Assembly: GCF_018977255.1 (NCBI RefSeq)
Contig: NW_024704742.1
Location: forward strand, 106,828,001 to 106,892,000
Direction: 5' to 3'
DNA from: Callorhinchus milii
Lineage: Eukaryota
Length of the DNA stretch: 64,000 nucleotides
The notes beneath the pieces were generated by a model. The model was not told the origin of the DNA. It was given only the letters and a program-made list of their open reading frames with translations, and ran no database searches. The position numbers and the translations under genes are program-made. This document shows positions 1-12,559 of the stretch, in pieces (within the stretch, counting starts at the first letter, position 1; the number at the start of each line of letters is the position of its first letter).

Positions 1-24
1 TTTAGATTGGAGACTAGGAACAAG

Positions 25-220
25 ACAACTTGTTGAGGCAAATGCATAGATGTATTTAAGGGAAAGCTAGATAGATACATAAGGGAGAAAGGAATAGAAG
101 GTTATGCTTGAAGGCTTAGTTGAGGAAGGGCAGGAGGAGGCTCATGTGGAGCATAAACACCGGCATAAACCAGTTGGGCCGAATAGCCTGTTTCTGTGCT
201 GTTTATTCTAATGTAATGTA
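25..220 (+). mobile_element. CR1-type LINE 3' end fragment
   Basis: gttgggccgaatagcctgtttctgtgctg 3' motif plus short tail repeats; similar to the copy at 14447-15251. Confidence 0.7.
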
Positions 221-1127
221 TTCGATTGCATTCTAATGTAACTTCAACTTTTTCAATAAAAATCCCCAAAAAATTGGTTATTCAGAATAGAATGGAAATC
301 AGGAGTTTCTAGGTTTTAATAGAAGAGATGTAGGGATAATCTGAAAACCTTTGCTTCATCAGCTTTAGTATCAGAGAGGAGATCCAAGGAACATATTTCA
401 GGAGAAAGAGTGGGTCGGTAAAATCTACAATAAGATCAATTTTGTTTTCTCTCTGGTAGGATAGAGTCTAATGCACTGAATGACCTTTTCATTTTTCATA
501 ATTTGTTTTGTTTTTATTATGTAACTTGCTAAATACAGCATCAATTTGACGGACTTCAAAAAGTTTTAAATTCAGTCAAGTGATTTTCTAATTGTAAAAC
601 TAAAACTTATTATTTGCATGTTTTGTATATAGATTATATTCAACTTACTTTGTTGCAATTAAATAACTCTATCAATGTCCTAACGTGTATAGATCACACC
701 TTTTCAGTAACAGGAAATCAATTTTGCATGCACTGAGAGTAACTGTGTGTTATCATCCATTTCAATCAATGTGCTCCATAAAATCAAAAGCTTGAAAATA
801 GAGCACTCCTCAGTTATTAACCAGACACACAACTAAATGCTAAGGGTTTTATTGAAATAGCAGCATTAGCATAGGCTTGTGCGTGTTGTGCTATGTGTTA
901 TTCATCTCCATGTGTGGAACCTGGTGCAGCATTTTGGAGAAAGAAAGATTGCTCTGTGTTTTCAGGCAGTAAATTCTGACCACACTCCAAGGGATTAGAT
1001 TTAAACTCATAAATAAGTACAGACTGAAGACAGATAACACTGCTCTATTCGGGAGCCCTACAGTGGTGGAATCAAAACACAGTCAATTTGGAATTGGTGA
1101 CTCTATAAATATATAGTGCACTCTATA

Positions 1128-1236
1128 ATAATAGTAATAATAATCCTTGCATTTCATATAGCGCTTTATCATGTGGTTGAGACGTCTCAAAGCTCTTCAC
1201 AGAATATATTGTAAAGTGGAGTGACAGTGCATCTGT
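1128..1236 (-). mobile_element. SINE 3' tail fragment
   Basis: aataataatccttgcattt.atatagcgcttt tail shared with the full-length SINE copies. Confidence 0.75.
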
Positions 1237-1315
1237 ACAATTGGATGGAGTCAGGACTGTGGAGTCAAAGGACAGTGAGGTGAGAAGCTGTGGGATCATG
1301 TGGGCTGCACAGCAC

Positions 1316-1680
1316 GTTGGAGCGCACTAACAGAGTTGGAGCGCACTAACAGAGTTGGAGCGCACTAACAGAGTTGGAGCGCACTAACAGAGTTGGAGCG
1401 CACTAACAGAGTTGGAGCGCACTAACACAGTTGGAGCGCATTAACAGAGTTGGAGCGCACTAACAGAGTTGGAGCGCACTAACAGAGTTGGAGCGCACTA
1501 ACACAGTTGGAGCGCACTAACACAGTTGGAGCGCACTAACACAGTTGGAGCGCACTAACACAGTTGGAGCGCACTAACACAGTTGGAGCGCACTAACACA
1601 GTTGGAGCGCACTAACACAGTTGGAGCGCACTAACACAGTTGGAGTGCACTAACACAGTTGGAGCGCACTAACAGTTGGA
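1316..1680. repeat. 19-bp minisatellite, about 19 copies of GTTGGAGCGCACTAACA(G/C)A
   Basis: Direct tandem units with period 19 and no spacers. Confidence 0.97.
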
Positions 1681-1797
1681 CCAGGGGGAGTCTACACACT
1701 GGCTCACAGAAATCTTTGGTCTGAGGAAATGTTTTAAAAATGTCCCTGGTTTTGGGCCCGATCCAGATAGGCTCGAATTCCAGATACCCTTATTTAC

Positions 1798-1841
1798 CAG
1801 ACATATTTAGTATCCATTGGCTTCTGCAAGGGATAGAAAGC
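1798..1841 (-). other. Partial duplicate of PAM exon 11 (AFYPLQKPMDTKYV): pseudo-exon or alternative exon
   Basis: 36 of the first 40 nt are identical to 2158-2119; acceptor ttattttcag retained; followed by TG|gtaaat. Confidence 0.8.
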
Positions 1842-2054
1842 CTGAAAATAACAAACTCATGTGCAAAATGTTTCAAAGCTAATTGGTTTAGGAGTTGAGT
1901 GTGAGTTTGACTTCCGGATAGCAGAGTCTAGTAAGCTGGAGGGTTACTGTATACTATTGTTCGTAAACAGCAGCACATCTCCAAAATAATACTCACATTT
2001 TGTAAAGAAATATCATTATTACAGTCAAGAAAATAGCTTCGGTCTGAGACTTAC

Positions 2055-2158
2055 CCTATCTGTGTTACTGTTGTCCTCCCCTTGCCTGTAAAAACACATC
2101 GCGCTGCAATAGTATCACCATATTTAATATCCATTGGCTTCTCCACAGGATAGAAAGC
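2055..2158 (-). CDS. PAM: PAM coding exon 11 (AFYPVEKPMDIKYGDTIAARCVFTGKGRTTVTQIG); the gene continues beyond the left edge of the window
   Basis: tgttcttttcag| acceptor, GG|gtaagt donor; 104 nt, phase 0 to 2; AFYP and AARCVFTG motifs. Confidence 0.96.
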
Positions 2159-2288
2159 CTGAAAAGAACAAATGCACAAGGAAAACGTTGTGATGGCAAT
2201 TTTCAGTGAAGGAGTTACAGAAATAATTGAAGTAGGTAAATTTAATGGACAATCTTTGTAGATTATTTTAATTCAGGAACAAACCTAC

Positions 2289-2365
2289 CTGTGGCAGCTG
2301 TGGACTCTGCCTCCCAATTTGCGTCCATTGTCCATCCCTGATTCTGTATCCACTAACCACCTGAC
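2289..2365 (-). CDS. PAM: PAM coding exon 10 (GQVVSGYRIRDGQWTQIGRQSPQLPQ)
   Basis: ctgtaattttag| acceptor, CAG|gtaggt donor; 77 nt, phase 1 to 0. Confidence 0.96.
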
Positions 2366-2715
2366 CTAAAATTACAGAAATGAAGATCAAATGTAGTATT
2401 ACTCGCACAGTCCAATAAACACACCCTTTTAAAAACAATAATTCAGCATACATTACAATACTTCAAATCACATTACTGAAACGGGCTAAAGGCCACAGAG
2501 TTACAAATTACACGGCTAGTTAACATGTGCAATCAGATGAGATGAAAACAATAATTGTACCACAAGGCGAAAATACGTTATATTGATTAAAATATAATAC
2601 TATTTGTAGAACCCAGTTAGCATGTGCTGTAAACCTGGAATCCAATATTAACATGTTTATGCTCTTTCTGTCTTCAAGAGATTGAGATAAGTTACAACAG
2701 CACAGAGATGTTATC

Positions 2716-2935
2716 TATTATAATAATAATCCTTGCATTTGATATAGAGCCTTATCATGTCTTCTAGACGTCTCAAAGCGCTTCACAGAATATACTGTAA
2801 AGTGAATTGACTATATATTTTGTGGGTGAAACATGGCAGGCCAATTGCGCACAGCAGTGTCCCATAGACAGTCGTGACCAAATTATTATTTTTTTTGTTG
2901 AAGGGATTATTACCTCCAGAAAAGCGATTCACCAA
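2716..2935 (-). mobile_element. SINE 3' half (long-form subfamily)
   Basis: Body and tail match the other copies; cctccagaaaagcg matches the extra segment of the 60825-61187 copy. Confidence 0.75.
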
Positions 2936-3277
2936 TTGACTAACAACTACTAATGAGTATTAAGAGACAATGTAACATATATTTTTAATGCAGGTTGCCT
3001 TTAATACCATCAATGTTGAAGGTTTCTGAATTTAAATGGAATATGAATGTGCATCACAAACCAATATTTCTGCTGCACGAAATCCTGATGTAAAAAATGT
3101 CTCAGCAAGAACTAAAATACTCCTCCCCCTCTTTCAGTTTTACCCGGAGGTAAACAATCTTTTCTGATGTTAATTGCCTCTTTTCGTAAAGTTTGCTGCT
3201 AAAGCATTCTGATATAGCATTGTGGGCCTTTCAGGACAGATAAATGCAATCCTGGTCCGAGCACAAATTATTCTTAC

Positions 3278-3358
3278 CGAGCTGATGAGTATGGGTTCTA
3301 AAGGCAAATGGGTGGATTACAGCCTCCTCGTAAGGGCACGCAATATCTCCATTCACCA
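3278..3358 (-). CDS. PAM: PAM coding exon 9 (VVNGDIACPYEEAVIHPFAFRTHTHQL), with the CuM His-x-His ligands
   Basis: ttttattacag| acceptor, TCG|gtaaga donor; 81 nt, phase 1 to 1; FAFRTHTH motif. Confidence 0.97.
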
Positions 3359-6179
3359 CTGTAATAAAATACAGAAAATTAAGTTTACAAACACTGCATC
3401 ATCACTATATTTTCCGTTCCATCCAAACTAGTCCTTAATGCAAGAGCTTTACAAACTGTCAAGCTCATAATGTGAAAAGCTTTTGTGCTTGTATACCGTT
3501 TCAAGGGACTCAATACCAAACCACCACAGCACACTATTAAACATGCATTTCCTGGAGGTTTATAAAAGCCCTTTTGATAAAAGTAGCATATAAGAGTCTC
3601 CTGTACATAAATGGACTTACAGATAAGGTAGTTAAATTTACAGGGGTGGGCAGGAAGAGGTGAAGGAAAAGTTGTGGATTCAGAAGAGGCAGACAAAAAC
3701 TATTCATGGCTTGGGTCAGCAGGTGGTCTGATTAATGGCAAATGAAGTTCAACTCTAATAGGTATAAGGTACGAAATACTAAATAAAAGTAGGAAGAGCA
3801 TGTACTCCAATGGGTGGCCTATAAATTGACAGGGCAATATTCAAAGAGACTAGGACTGTTAATTGATTCCTCACATTTTTGTAAACTGCTATTAAATGTA
3901 ATCTGGCATAGGTTGAGTTTATTTCATGAATGCTCAACCCATAGAAAAAGGTTCTTAACAGTAAAGTGGTGTTCAATTTTGCTTATTTTTGTGACAATAA
4001 ATCTTTAGAATGGGGAAAGGGGGAAATCACAATTTTCAGAACTATTCTTTTTGAAATGAACAATGTAAGTCAATAGGAATCGATGTAAAACTGAATGCAG
4101 AACCAAGCATTATCTACGCGAGTATAATCCTGAAATCTGTGGACAATATAGTGAGAATCTAAATTCATTGATATTAATCTTCAAAAAAAAGGTGATTGAA
4201 TTAAAAGGTGATTGACTGCCATGGTGGTGCAACGTATTTGAAGATCAAAAGCATGACAAGGAGTACTTTCTAACTTTAGCCATGCTACACTCACTGGAGA
4301 CCAAGCTGCCTGCCTGACTCTAAACGACACTAACAATTTGGAAGTGGTCGCTCGAGCACATTGACCCTGTGACTAAGGATGATCATAGAACTGAGAGAAT
4401 ATAATAATTTCCATCTAAAAAGACACAGAAGCGTTTATTATACACACACACATTTCCACACTTAAACACAAACCCTATATTTCCCATTCCAACTGTTCCA
4501 TGTAGCTTTACAGCAGGAAAAAATGTTACACAAAATTAAAGTTGGCACAATTGCTAGTTACTAAAAAAAATTAGGAACAATGTGTCATGTACCTGCATCA
4601 ACATGAGATTAAAACTCTGCTAGCAAAAACTAAATCCCACAGATGCGGGGTTCAAAATCATTGCACAAATTGTTATTTCTTATTTATTAATGGTTTTAAT
4701 ATTAATATTAATCGAGTTTTCAGATTTGCTGTTGTTTTGGGGTCAATCTTTTTAAAAAATGCTAATTGGTTCATATTTTGTAATTTAAACCTAACATCCT
4801 TAACAGGTCAATAAATTGTTGGAAGAGAAATTGCTAAATTAAATTAGTTGCTAATTAATTACTGAATCAATTTGCAGCAAGATCACAGAAAGCTTCCTTT
4901 GTTCGGATCAAAAAATGTCATACCTATTCTAGTCTTGGGAACAAGATGGATTTGAAGGAGATTACGAGTTAATGGAACAGAAATCTGACTTATGTGACTA
5001 TGCATTTATGCCCAGAGTTTTAAAATGTGTGCACATTGAAGGACAGTAATAGCTGATGATGGATTTGTCCCTAATGCAAATGAGAACTGAATTTTCCAGA
5101 AACCTCTGTTCAACCATACTGAATTGTTCCCCCAATAATTTCTATGCAGTAGCATCACTGATCTAAATACTTTCACAAATCTTGCCTATAACTTCTTGTA
5201 TCTCCTGCTCCTTTTATTTTTGTGGCAACAGATTTGACCATTTTAACAGTTAGTATTTGTGCCCAAGATTTGCGTACAATAGGAACAATCCAATACTGGA
5301 TTTCATTCAACAATTCCCAACAATCTGACCAAAATCGTACACAGTTTAAGATTACTTGCTGTTTCCTATTGTTTTACAATCACTTTCTTTTCAATCATGC
5401 TTTCTAACCAGGATTTCGACTGCTTCCCTTAAAACTTCAGCAAAAGCTTCTGAAACATACTCAAAGAGAGGTTTGTTGGGCATGATTCTAAATCTATGCT
5501 AATTGTTTCTTAAGTTATTATTGGATAAGTATTTTTCCAACTTCCCCCATAGAATTTTATCTTATTATATTGCTATTAATCTAACGGGCATGTAATTGCT
5601 TATGTCAGCGCCAACAAACTTTTAAATTACAGGTGAAAGATTTCCCCCAGTATTGCGATGTCCTCTCAATGTGAAAAGTGCTATATAAATGTAAATTTAT
5701 ATTGTATTTGTGGTTTCCAATCCTGTACACATCTATTGCTACCCCCACTCCCCAAGAATCTATCAATTAATCCTATACATCTATGCTATTCTGGATAAAT
5801 GTATTCTAAAATTCCAACAACTCATTGTGTGAAGAAATTTTTTNCTTTTCCTTTCAGCTACCTTAGATCTTCCATTAAGATTATGCCCTGTTCAGTATAT
5901 ACTGTACTTATTGCGCTTGGATGATCAACTTTATTCAATGTTTCCTCACATGTGTAATAAAGCCAGAGTACACATTACCTCTTACCAGAACATTAAAAAA
6001 GCAGTGCACTGAAGTCACTAAGTATTCAACTTGCAAGGAAGATATTAATACTTATGATTCTATAGATCTGCACAGATCTGTGCAACCAAACTGATCTTTC
6101 TAAAACAGCAGTCTTAAAATCATCACAAGTTGGGTTGAGAGGATCAGATTTCATCTTCTCCTGAGGCATTCGATCACTT

Positions 6180-6600
6180 TATACGTTCTACAAGAGTCGT
6201 GGTTCCAGAAGTGCCAATCATCCTCCAGTATTTATTTCACCCAAGTGTGCATTATTCATGTGTAAGTCTTGAAAATGATAATCGGGTTATTTGACAACAA
6301 CGGGCATCACGATTGAGCCAGAATCTGTCCTGACTCACTTACAACAACAATAACAACTTGTACTTACATTTCACCTTCCACGCAGTGTATCGTCTCAGTG
6401 CGCTTGAAACTTACACAGAGCACTTACACAAACTTCCGGCAAAAGGTATTGGACAGCAATCAGATGCAGAAGAAATTCTAGCTGATTTTGACCCTCTCCT
6501 TCTCAGAGGCACTGAATTGTAGGGCACCTGCTGTCTCCCTGATTGAGATCAGTTAACTCAGTAAACCTGGGATCTTCCCAGTCTTTTATCACTCAGCTGT
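6180..6600 (-). mobile_element. Old decayed SINE-like element, interrupted by an L2-type tail fragment near 6341-6410
   Basis: Reverse strand reads ctgagttaactgatctc...aaaatcagc..., resembling an ancient chondrichthyan SINE as I recall it; heavily diverged. Confidence 0.4.
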
Positions 6601-7600
6601 TTTTATTTGGGGTTGGTGGTGACTGAAAAAGGCCTCAGACTGAGCAAATGATGTTGGTATATAATATGTGAAGCTAACACATGTTAATTTGATGAAAGCA
6701 TTTGACTACATGACAGTAATTATACCTATTTTAATAATATTAATTTGATAATCCTTTTCAGCACCATTCTACAGGATCCCTGGCATCACTTTCTATTCAA
6801 TCACTGCACAATCATTGGATGGAAAGTATTGATACACACCAGTTTTCATGTTATCAACTTATCATTCAACCACAGGGGCAACGATTCTGGGGCCCCTAAT
6901 AGTGTTGCCAGTGGGTCCCCGGGCAACCAAACCTAATGGACAGATATCCCTCCTCAGCTGTGCAACTATTAGCTGAAGGATGGCCAGTGTGGGCACGAAG
7001 AGGCTGCAGATTGGGTGTGGTGAGATGTGCATCATGCTGGCTGCCCCCCCCACTCCCCTACCCCCAGCAGGTTAGGTTGGTGAGGAGGGGATTTCAATGG
7101 GTTTTCAAAATGGCAGCCCTCTCGCTGCATTGGGGCTTCATGCATTTAGGGTTGTCTGTGCCTAACACAGCCACTGTTCATCCATCATCAATGACTAGGC
7201 AGCATGATGAATGGATTTTGGGTGGTGGGTATTTCTCACAAACAGTAAGAGTAAGCTCAATTGGTTTATCAACATTACCCCAGTTCTGAGATGCAATTAC
7301 TGCCTCCAATCCATGCCACAATTTATACAAAAAAAAGCGATTTTTCACTCTTAGCATTTTTAGAGATGATGCAGTGACCTGTGAAAGGAAAGTTGTGGTA
7401 TCAGATTAATTTTACTGGTTGTCAATAGCTTCTTCAAATTATCAAGAAATGATCTACTGTTCCCCATTTCAAACTTGGCTCCTTTCACTCCTTTTGGGGG
7501 GGAAGGGGGGGGAAATGCCCCAAAAGTCAAAAATAATTAGTATTTCCGAGCAATTTTCAACAAAGAATGCAATTGTATGAAAATAATGGTTGAAACTCAC

Positions 7601-7668
7601 CTTTTGCTCCTGGTGGTATTACAGTATTTTCAGACATGAGGAGATATATGCCAGCAATCAGAGGCTGT
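7601..7668 (-). CDS. PAM: PAM coding exon 8 (QPLIAGIYLLMSENTVIPPGAK)
   Basis: cctccttctgcag| acceptor, AAG|gtgagt donor; 68 nt, phase 2 to 1. Confidence 0.96.
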
Positions 7669-8929
7669 CTGCAGAAGGAGGCAACACAATTGCTCTTCAA
7701 ATCCAGCAATGAAATATCATCATAAAACTTTCAGCCAACCTGACAGATCTTTAGGATCCCAATCATATTGCCTCTACAGCTGATATTTAAAGTATTGATT
7801 CTAACCTGTGGCTTCACAGTGGGCTCAAATCAATATGAGTCTATCGTATTCAATAGAAATAAACAGGAAAAAAGATGAATCGGATTTAACTCATATCCCT
7901 CTGCTTTATTTCTCTCTTCCCATGCCCAAAGATATCAGTGAGTTCTCATTTCCAGTTTGTGTTAATTATATGTAAATTATAACCTCTCTCAAAACATTCT
8001 TAAGTCTGTATGTCTCTTAGTTCATTTTAGACACCAATATAAGGTTGGGGAGACATTTTGATTTAACAGCTTACATTTTGCTTCTGCAGATAGGACACAA
8101 TCTAAACCCTAAACTGCTTGCGATTCATCGTGACTGGTAAATTCAGTATCCAATGGCAACCCACAATTTTAATCATTAGATTTTCCACTATCATTGAAAC
8201 TACAGTAGATTAGACTTGTTCTTGGTGAAAGTTCTTGGTGCAATGAAAAATTGAAGGCAAACTAAACATTCAATGAGTCTACAGGCTAAGTAAATCCCAG
8301 AGTCTTTGGAATATCTTTAGTTCAGAAATAACAGAATTGATTTTTTTTCAATGATACCCAAATAACAGCAACCAAAATAGAGTAGTCAAGCATAGAGCAT
8401 CTATAGTGAGCTGTAATTTTGGGTTCAGTTTTCACAGTGCAGCTAATGAGCAATATGTCCAGGCTATAACAGGCAGAATTCTTTTTGAAGTGTGTGCACT
8501 GCCTTAGTGCATCAGGATTCTTGTTCTATTTGGCACAGTACCAAGCATCACCCAATTAACATCCATTTCCTATGTGCTTTTGTGTCAGCACAGAGAGAAA
8601 TTCCAGAGAGGCACAAGAGAGAAAATTACCTCATACAGTCCAGTCACTTAAAGCATTCCTTTTCCTGTTTTTAAAAAATATATATATTTTGACACATTCC
8701 CTTCCAGCCCTAAAAATTATACTTAAAGGACTGCGCATGCTCACAGCCACACAGCCACTCACTTCCCATATGCTAGTCAGCTCTTATGCTTAAAATAGCC
8801 AAATGTCCAGGTCATTAAGACACCACCAACAACGCTTCCTGTGGGTTTACGCCCAGGAGGTGATGTCGACAGAGACTTGATAACCCAGATCGTTGTCCAT
8901 ATGTGGAATATACAACAACAATTTATATT

Positions 8930-9400
8930 TTATACAGCGCCTTTAACATTGGGAGGATGTCTCAAAGCGCTTCACCAGCTGAATGGGATCCGCAACCTAC
9001 TGGGGAGAGAAGCTGAGGAGGGTGGGCCTGGAGGAAAGGTGATCAAAAGCACAGTTGAACAGATGGGTTTAAGGCAGGCTTTAAAGGTGGGAGGTAATAA
9101 GCAATGGAGAGGGACACAAGAATGTAGTTCCAAAGAGAGGAGGCAAAATGGCTGAAAGCTTGCCCAGTGATGGTGGGGTAGACCGGGCAAAGGACAAGGG
9201 TTACAGGAGGTCGAAGAGGTAGCGAGTGGCGAGGCCGTGGAGGGATTGGATTGTGAGGACAAGGAACTTGGATTCGATCCACTGGTGGATGGGCAGTCAG
9301 TGAAGCTGAGCTAAGACGGAGTTAAATGCTTGAGGTGTTTGGTGTGGAAGAGGACACGGACTACAGACTTCTGGATTGTCTAAAGATTGTATAAGAAGGA
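8930..9400 (-). mobile_element. L2 LINE 3' fragment
   Basis: (caa)n tail plus the tatacagcgcctttaacattgggaggatgtctcaaagcgc terminus; diverged similarity to the L2 at 52558-53450. Confidence 0.75.
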
Positions 9401-9521
9401 GTTGTTGTTCTAAATGATTCTCACACAATCATTTCATCTGGTTCATCCTTGTCTGAAGTTACTGAAGTTACACAATAATGGTAACACAAGGTAACCAATG
9501 CAAGTTAGTTTCAATACTTAC

Positions 9522-9570
9522 GGCACAAGTGTCATTTGTAGCGTTACACCAGAGCAATCCTTGTGGTTAT
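9522..9570 (-). CDS. PAM: PAM coding exon 7 (DNHKDCSGVTLQMTLVP)
   Basis: tttttctttcag| acceptor, CC|gtaagt donor; 49 nt, phase 1 to 2; DNHKDCSGV motif. Confidence 0.96.
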
Positions 9571-9982
9571 CTGAAAGAAAAATACAGTATATGAAGCTCA
9601 GACTAAATGTATTCATTATCTAGTCATAATTACATTTTCATAAATGTAAAGGTCTCATAATTGGAACCTATGTTAGATTAACTCTGAATCTCATTCATTA
9701 AGACAGAGTGTTTCAATGGTTTATATTTGTAACTTGACATTTATAACTTCCAATGATTTGTATTGTAACTTGACACGAGTGTTAATTCAAGATCAGTAAC
9801 TTTTCAAAGAGAATGTCTCATTGATTTTCAACAATCCTTAATGTTTACTTATTTAGTGTCCTTATGGTGAAGCGTATGTGAGCTATGTGCAATGAGGGAT
9901 GTGAATTCATCATCGATCATGTTTGTTTAGCAAGCTTGATAAAAACGTGGTTACATTTTGCATTTAAATAAAAATAAAGGAG

Positions 9983-10304
9983 AATAATAATAATAATCCT
10001 TGCATTTGATATAGCGCTTTTCACGTCAGGAGGACGTCCCAAAGCGCTGCACAGAACACACTGTAAAGTGAATTGATTGTATATTTGTGGGCGAACGCGG
10101 CAGCCAATTGCGCACAGCAATGTCCCACAAACAGTCGTAGATTGAAAATGACCAATTTATTATTGATTTTGGTTTTGGAGGGATTATTATTAGGCTCTGT
10201 GTGGAGTAAGGAAACTTGCCCAAGGTTTCGACCTCTGCCTGGAATTGATCTCAGGTCTCTCGCTTGCAAAGCGAGTGCTCTAACCACTGAGTTACAGGAC
10301 TCCA
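9983..10304 (-). mobile_element. Full-length tRNA-derived SINE (short form) with L2-type tail and (att)n end
   Basis: A-box TAACTCAGTGG and degenerate B-box; near-identical in reverse to 34431-34752. Confidence 0.92.
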
Positions 10305-11442
10305 CATAAGGAATCACATAAGCAAGAATTATACTCAGTGTACTTTCTCATATTGAGAATACCAAAATGGGGTCTAATATACAGTGTTTTTTAACTTTTT
10401 TTTACAATTAAATCTAATTTGCACAAACAAAGACTACTTCTGTTATCCACACAATGCCCCCTGTAAATTCTATTTCGGAGAAAATTTCTTCCAGAGCAGT
10501 TTTTCTAGGTTGATGGAAATAATGGAATTTCTTAAACCTGAAAATTAGATGCCATTGTGTTAAAATTATAACTTGCAGGGATATTTTTTACACCTTGTGG
10601 AAATCCCATCTTTTCCCGTTTCCTCTGAACTCGGGAGCTACTTTAAAGAGTTATGCAAACGTGCAATAAGAAGTAGCTATATAGGGAAACCCAGAAATAG
10701 GCATTCAGAGTTGGCCTTGAAGCAAATCCATAGGTGCTCAAACCATGAGAAATCAAAAGTTTCCAGCATAGGAAACCTGCCCAACTGATTTCTAGGCTGT
10801 ACCTATACATCTATTTGAAATAGGGCTAAGTTAGAAGTGCTGTTCCCCCACTTTTGCTACAGTGATATTTGAGATAACCAACCCTGGTTTTAACCCATGA
10901 GGGTGGTGGCCCTTAGTGAGAGCCAACAGGGGAACAAATGGAAAAGGAATGGCAGGAACCCAAGGAAATGTGAAGGAATAGGCAAAGGAATTATATTGTG
11001 AAGCAGTATTGGTAGTGGAGGATTCTGCAGTCACAATCATTGAATCAGCTAGTCCACAACACAGAAGTCATCAATGGATTATTCTGTTACATCTCCAGGT
11101 ACATTAAATTCCATACAAATGAACAATACCAAAATGTGAAGCCGACTGCCAAGAGTATATTTTCTTACATTCAAAGGAAAGGTACAGATATAGGGAATAA
11201 TTGACAGCAAACACAATGCTCTGAGTGCTCTGATCAGAAATTCTGCATCTTCCATTAAACGTTGTCCTTGTGAAGGTGTGTCTGGCAAATGAACCTCAAG
11301 TATTCTGGAGGATATGGCCAATGTTTTTAATCTAAGAGCTCCTGCAATGACTTTTGAGAACTTTTATCTTTTGCATACTAAGATGCTTGTCACTGTGCAG
11401 CTAAAGCTAATAGTGCTTCTAGGCTTCTACTGGAAAACTTTC

Positions 11443-11753
11443 TAATATAATAATCCTTGCATTTGATATAGCGCTTTTCACATCTTCTAGACGTCTTAAA
11501 GCGCTTCATAGAATCGACTGTAAAGTGAATTGACTGCATATTTGTGTGTGAAATGCAGCAGCCAATTGTGCACAGCAGTGTCCCCCAAACAGTCGTAGAT
11601 TGAAATGACCAATTTATTATTGATTTTTTTTTAGAGATTATTATCAGGCGTGTGGAGTAAGGAAACTTGCTCAAGGTTTCACCCTGCTGGGAATCAAACC
11701 CTGTTCTCTTACTTGCAAAGCGAATGCTCTAACCACTGAGCTACAGGACTCCA
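11443..11753 (-). mobile_element. Full-length tRNA-derived SINE
   Basis: Same head, body and tail as 9983-10304. Confidence 0.9.
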
Positions 11754-12559
11754 CAATATGCTCCTCAAAGGTACTGAATAGAAATTATATGCTGCATGAT
11801 CCAAAACAGAGCAACTGAAAGGCGACGTTTCCTTTTGACAAAGAGAACATTAGGTTCCACTGGAATGATGAGCTAGCTGCAGATCCACTGCTGCAAGGAA
11901 CGTCACAAGTAGAAAAATCACTGTCCACAATAATAACATTATGCAACAACTTTAAGTCTCCCCAATGTAGAAGCTTCTTTTACTGACGCCAATAGTCCAT
12001 CAGCTCTAAAGCTTTTAAAAGAAGCATTATACAAGCGAGGGTCTATTATGCATCATGGGTAAACCATGTGTAAACATAGCTGTATTATGCTTTATGTATA
12101 AAGAGGGAATTACGGAATTAATTAATCAATGAAAAGGATTTATTATTTATTAATCCTTTCACTGGTTGTTGACAAGACCACAAGAAAGGTTCCAATGATG
12201 AAGGCCATTTAATCTGATCCTTCTATAGTGCCCATTCTACAGTCTTCCCATTATAGCAGCCAAATATTTCTTAAATAAATTCAACATCATGGACTAAAGC
12301 ACTTTTCTGGTTGTCTGTTCCAGCAGTTAATTATACTCTGGGTAAAGAAATACTTATTGGTGTCTGTCCTGAGATTGCCCTTCATAACCCTAAACCTGTG
12401 CTCTCTTACCTAAACTCTAACCCTTGGCATATCGTAAGATCTTATGTGTAGTGGAAACTGAGGCTACAGCCATATCCAGTGCTAGCTTCCTGGCGTCATG
12501 ATGATACCACAGAACACAATCATTGTAAAGGTTGAGGACATTTTTACTATAACCTAAAT

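Noticed and set aside
1316..1680. CRISPR-like array of palindromic repeats
   Set aside because: The units are directly adjacent with no unique spacers, there are no cas genes, and the context is a vertebrate intron; it is a minisatellite.
1..2054. Next PAM exon containing the CuM Met (EMCN motif)
   Set aside because: No matching sequence found on the minus strand; it presumably lies left of the window.
2055..2085. A 31-nt terminal exon ending PAM with ARGGQQ*
   Set aside because: The apparent acceptor (tttttacag) is coding sequence (VFTG) inside the 104-nt exon, whose frame matches PHM. Cryptic use is possible but unsupported.
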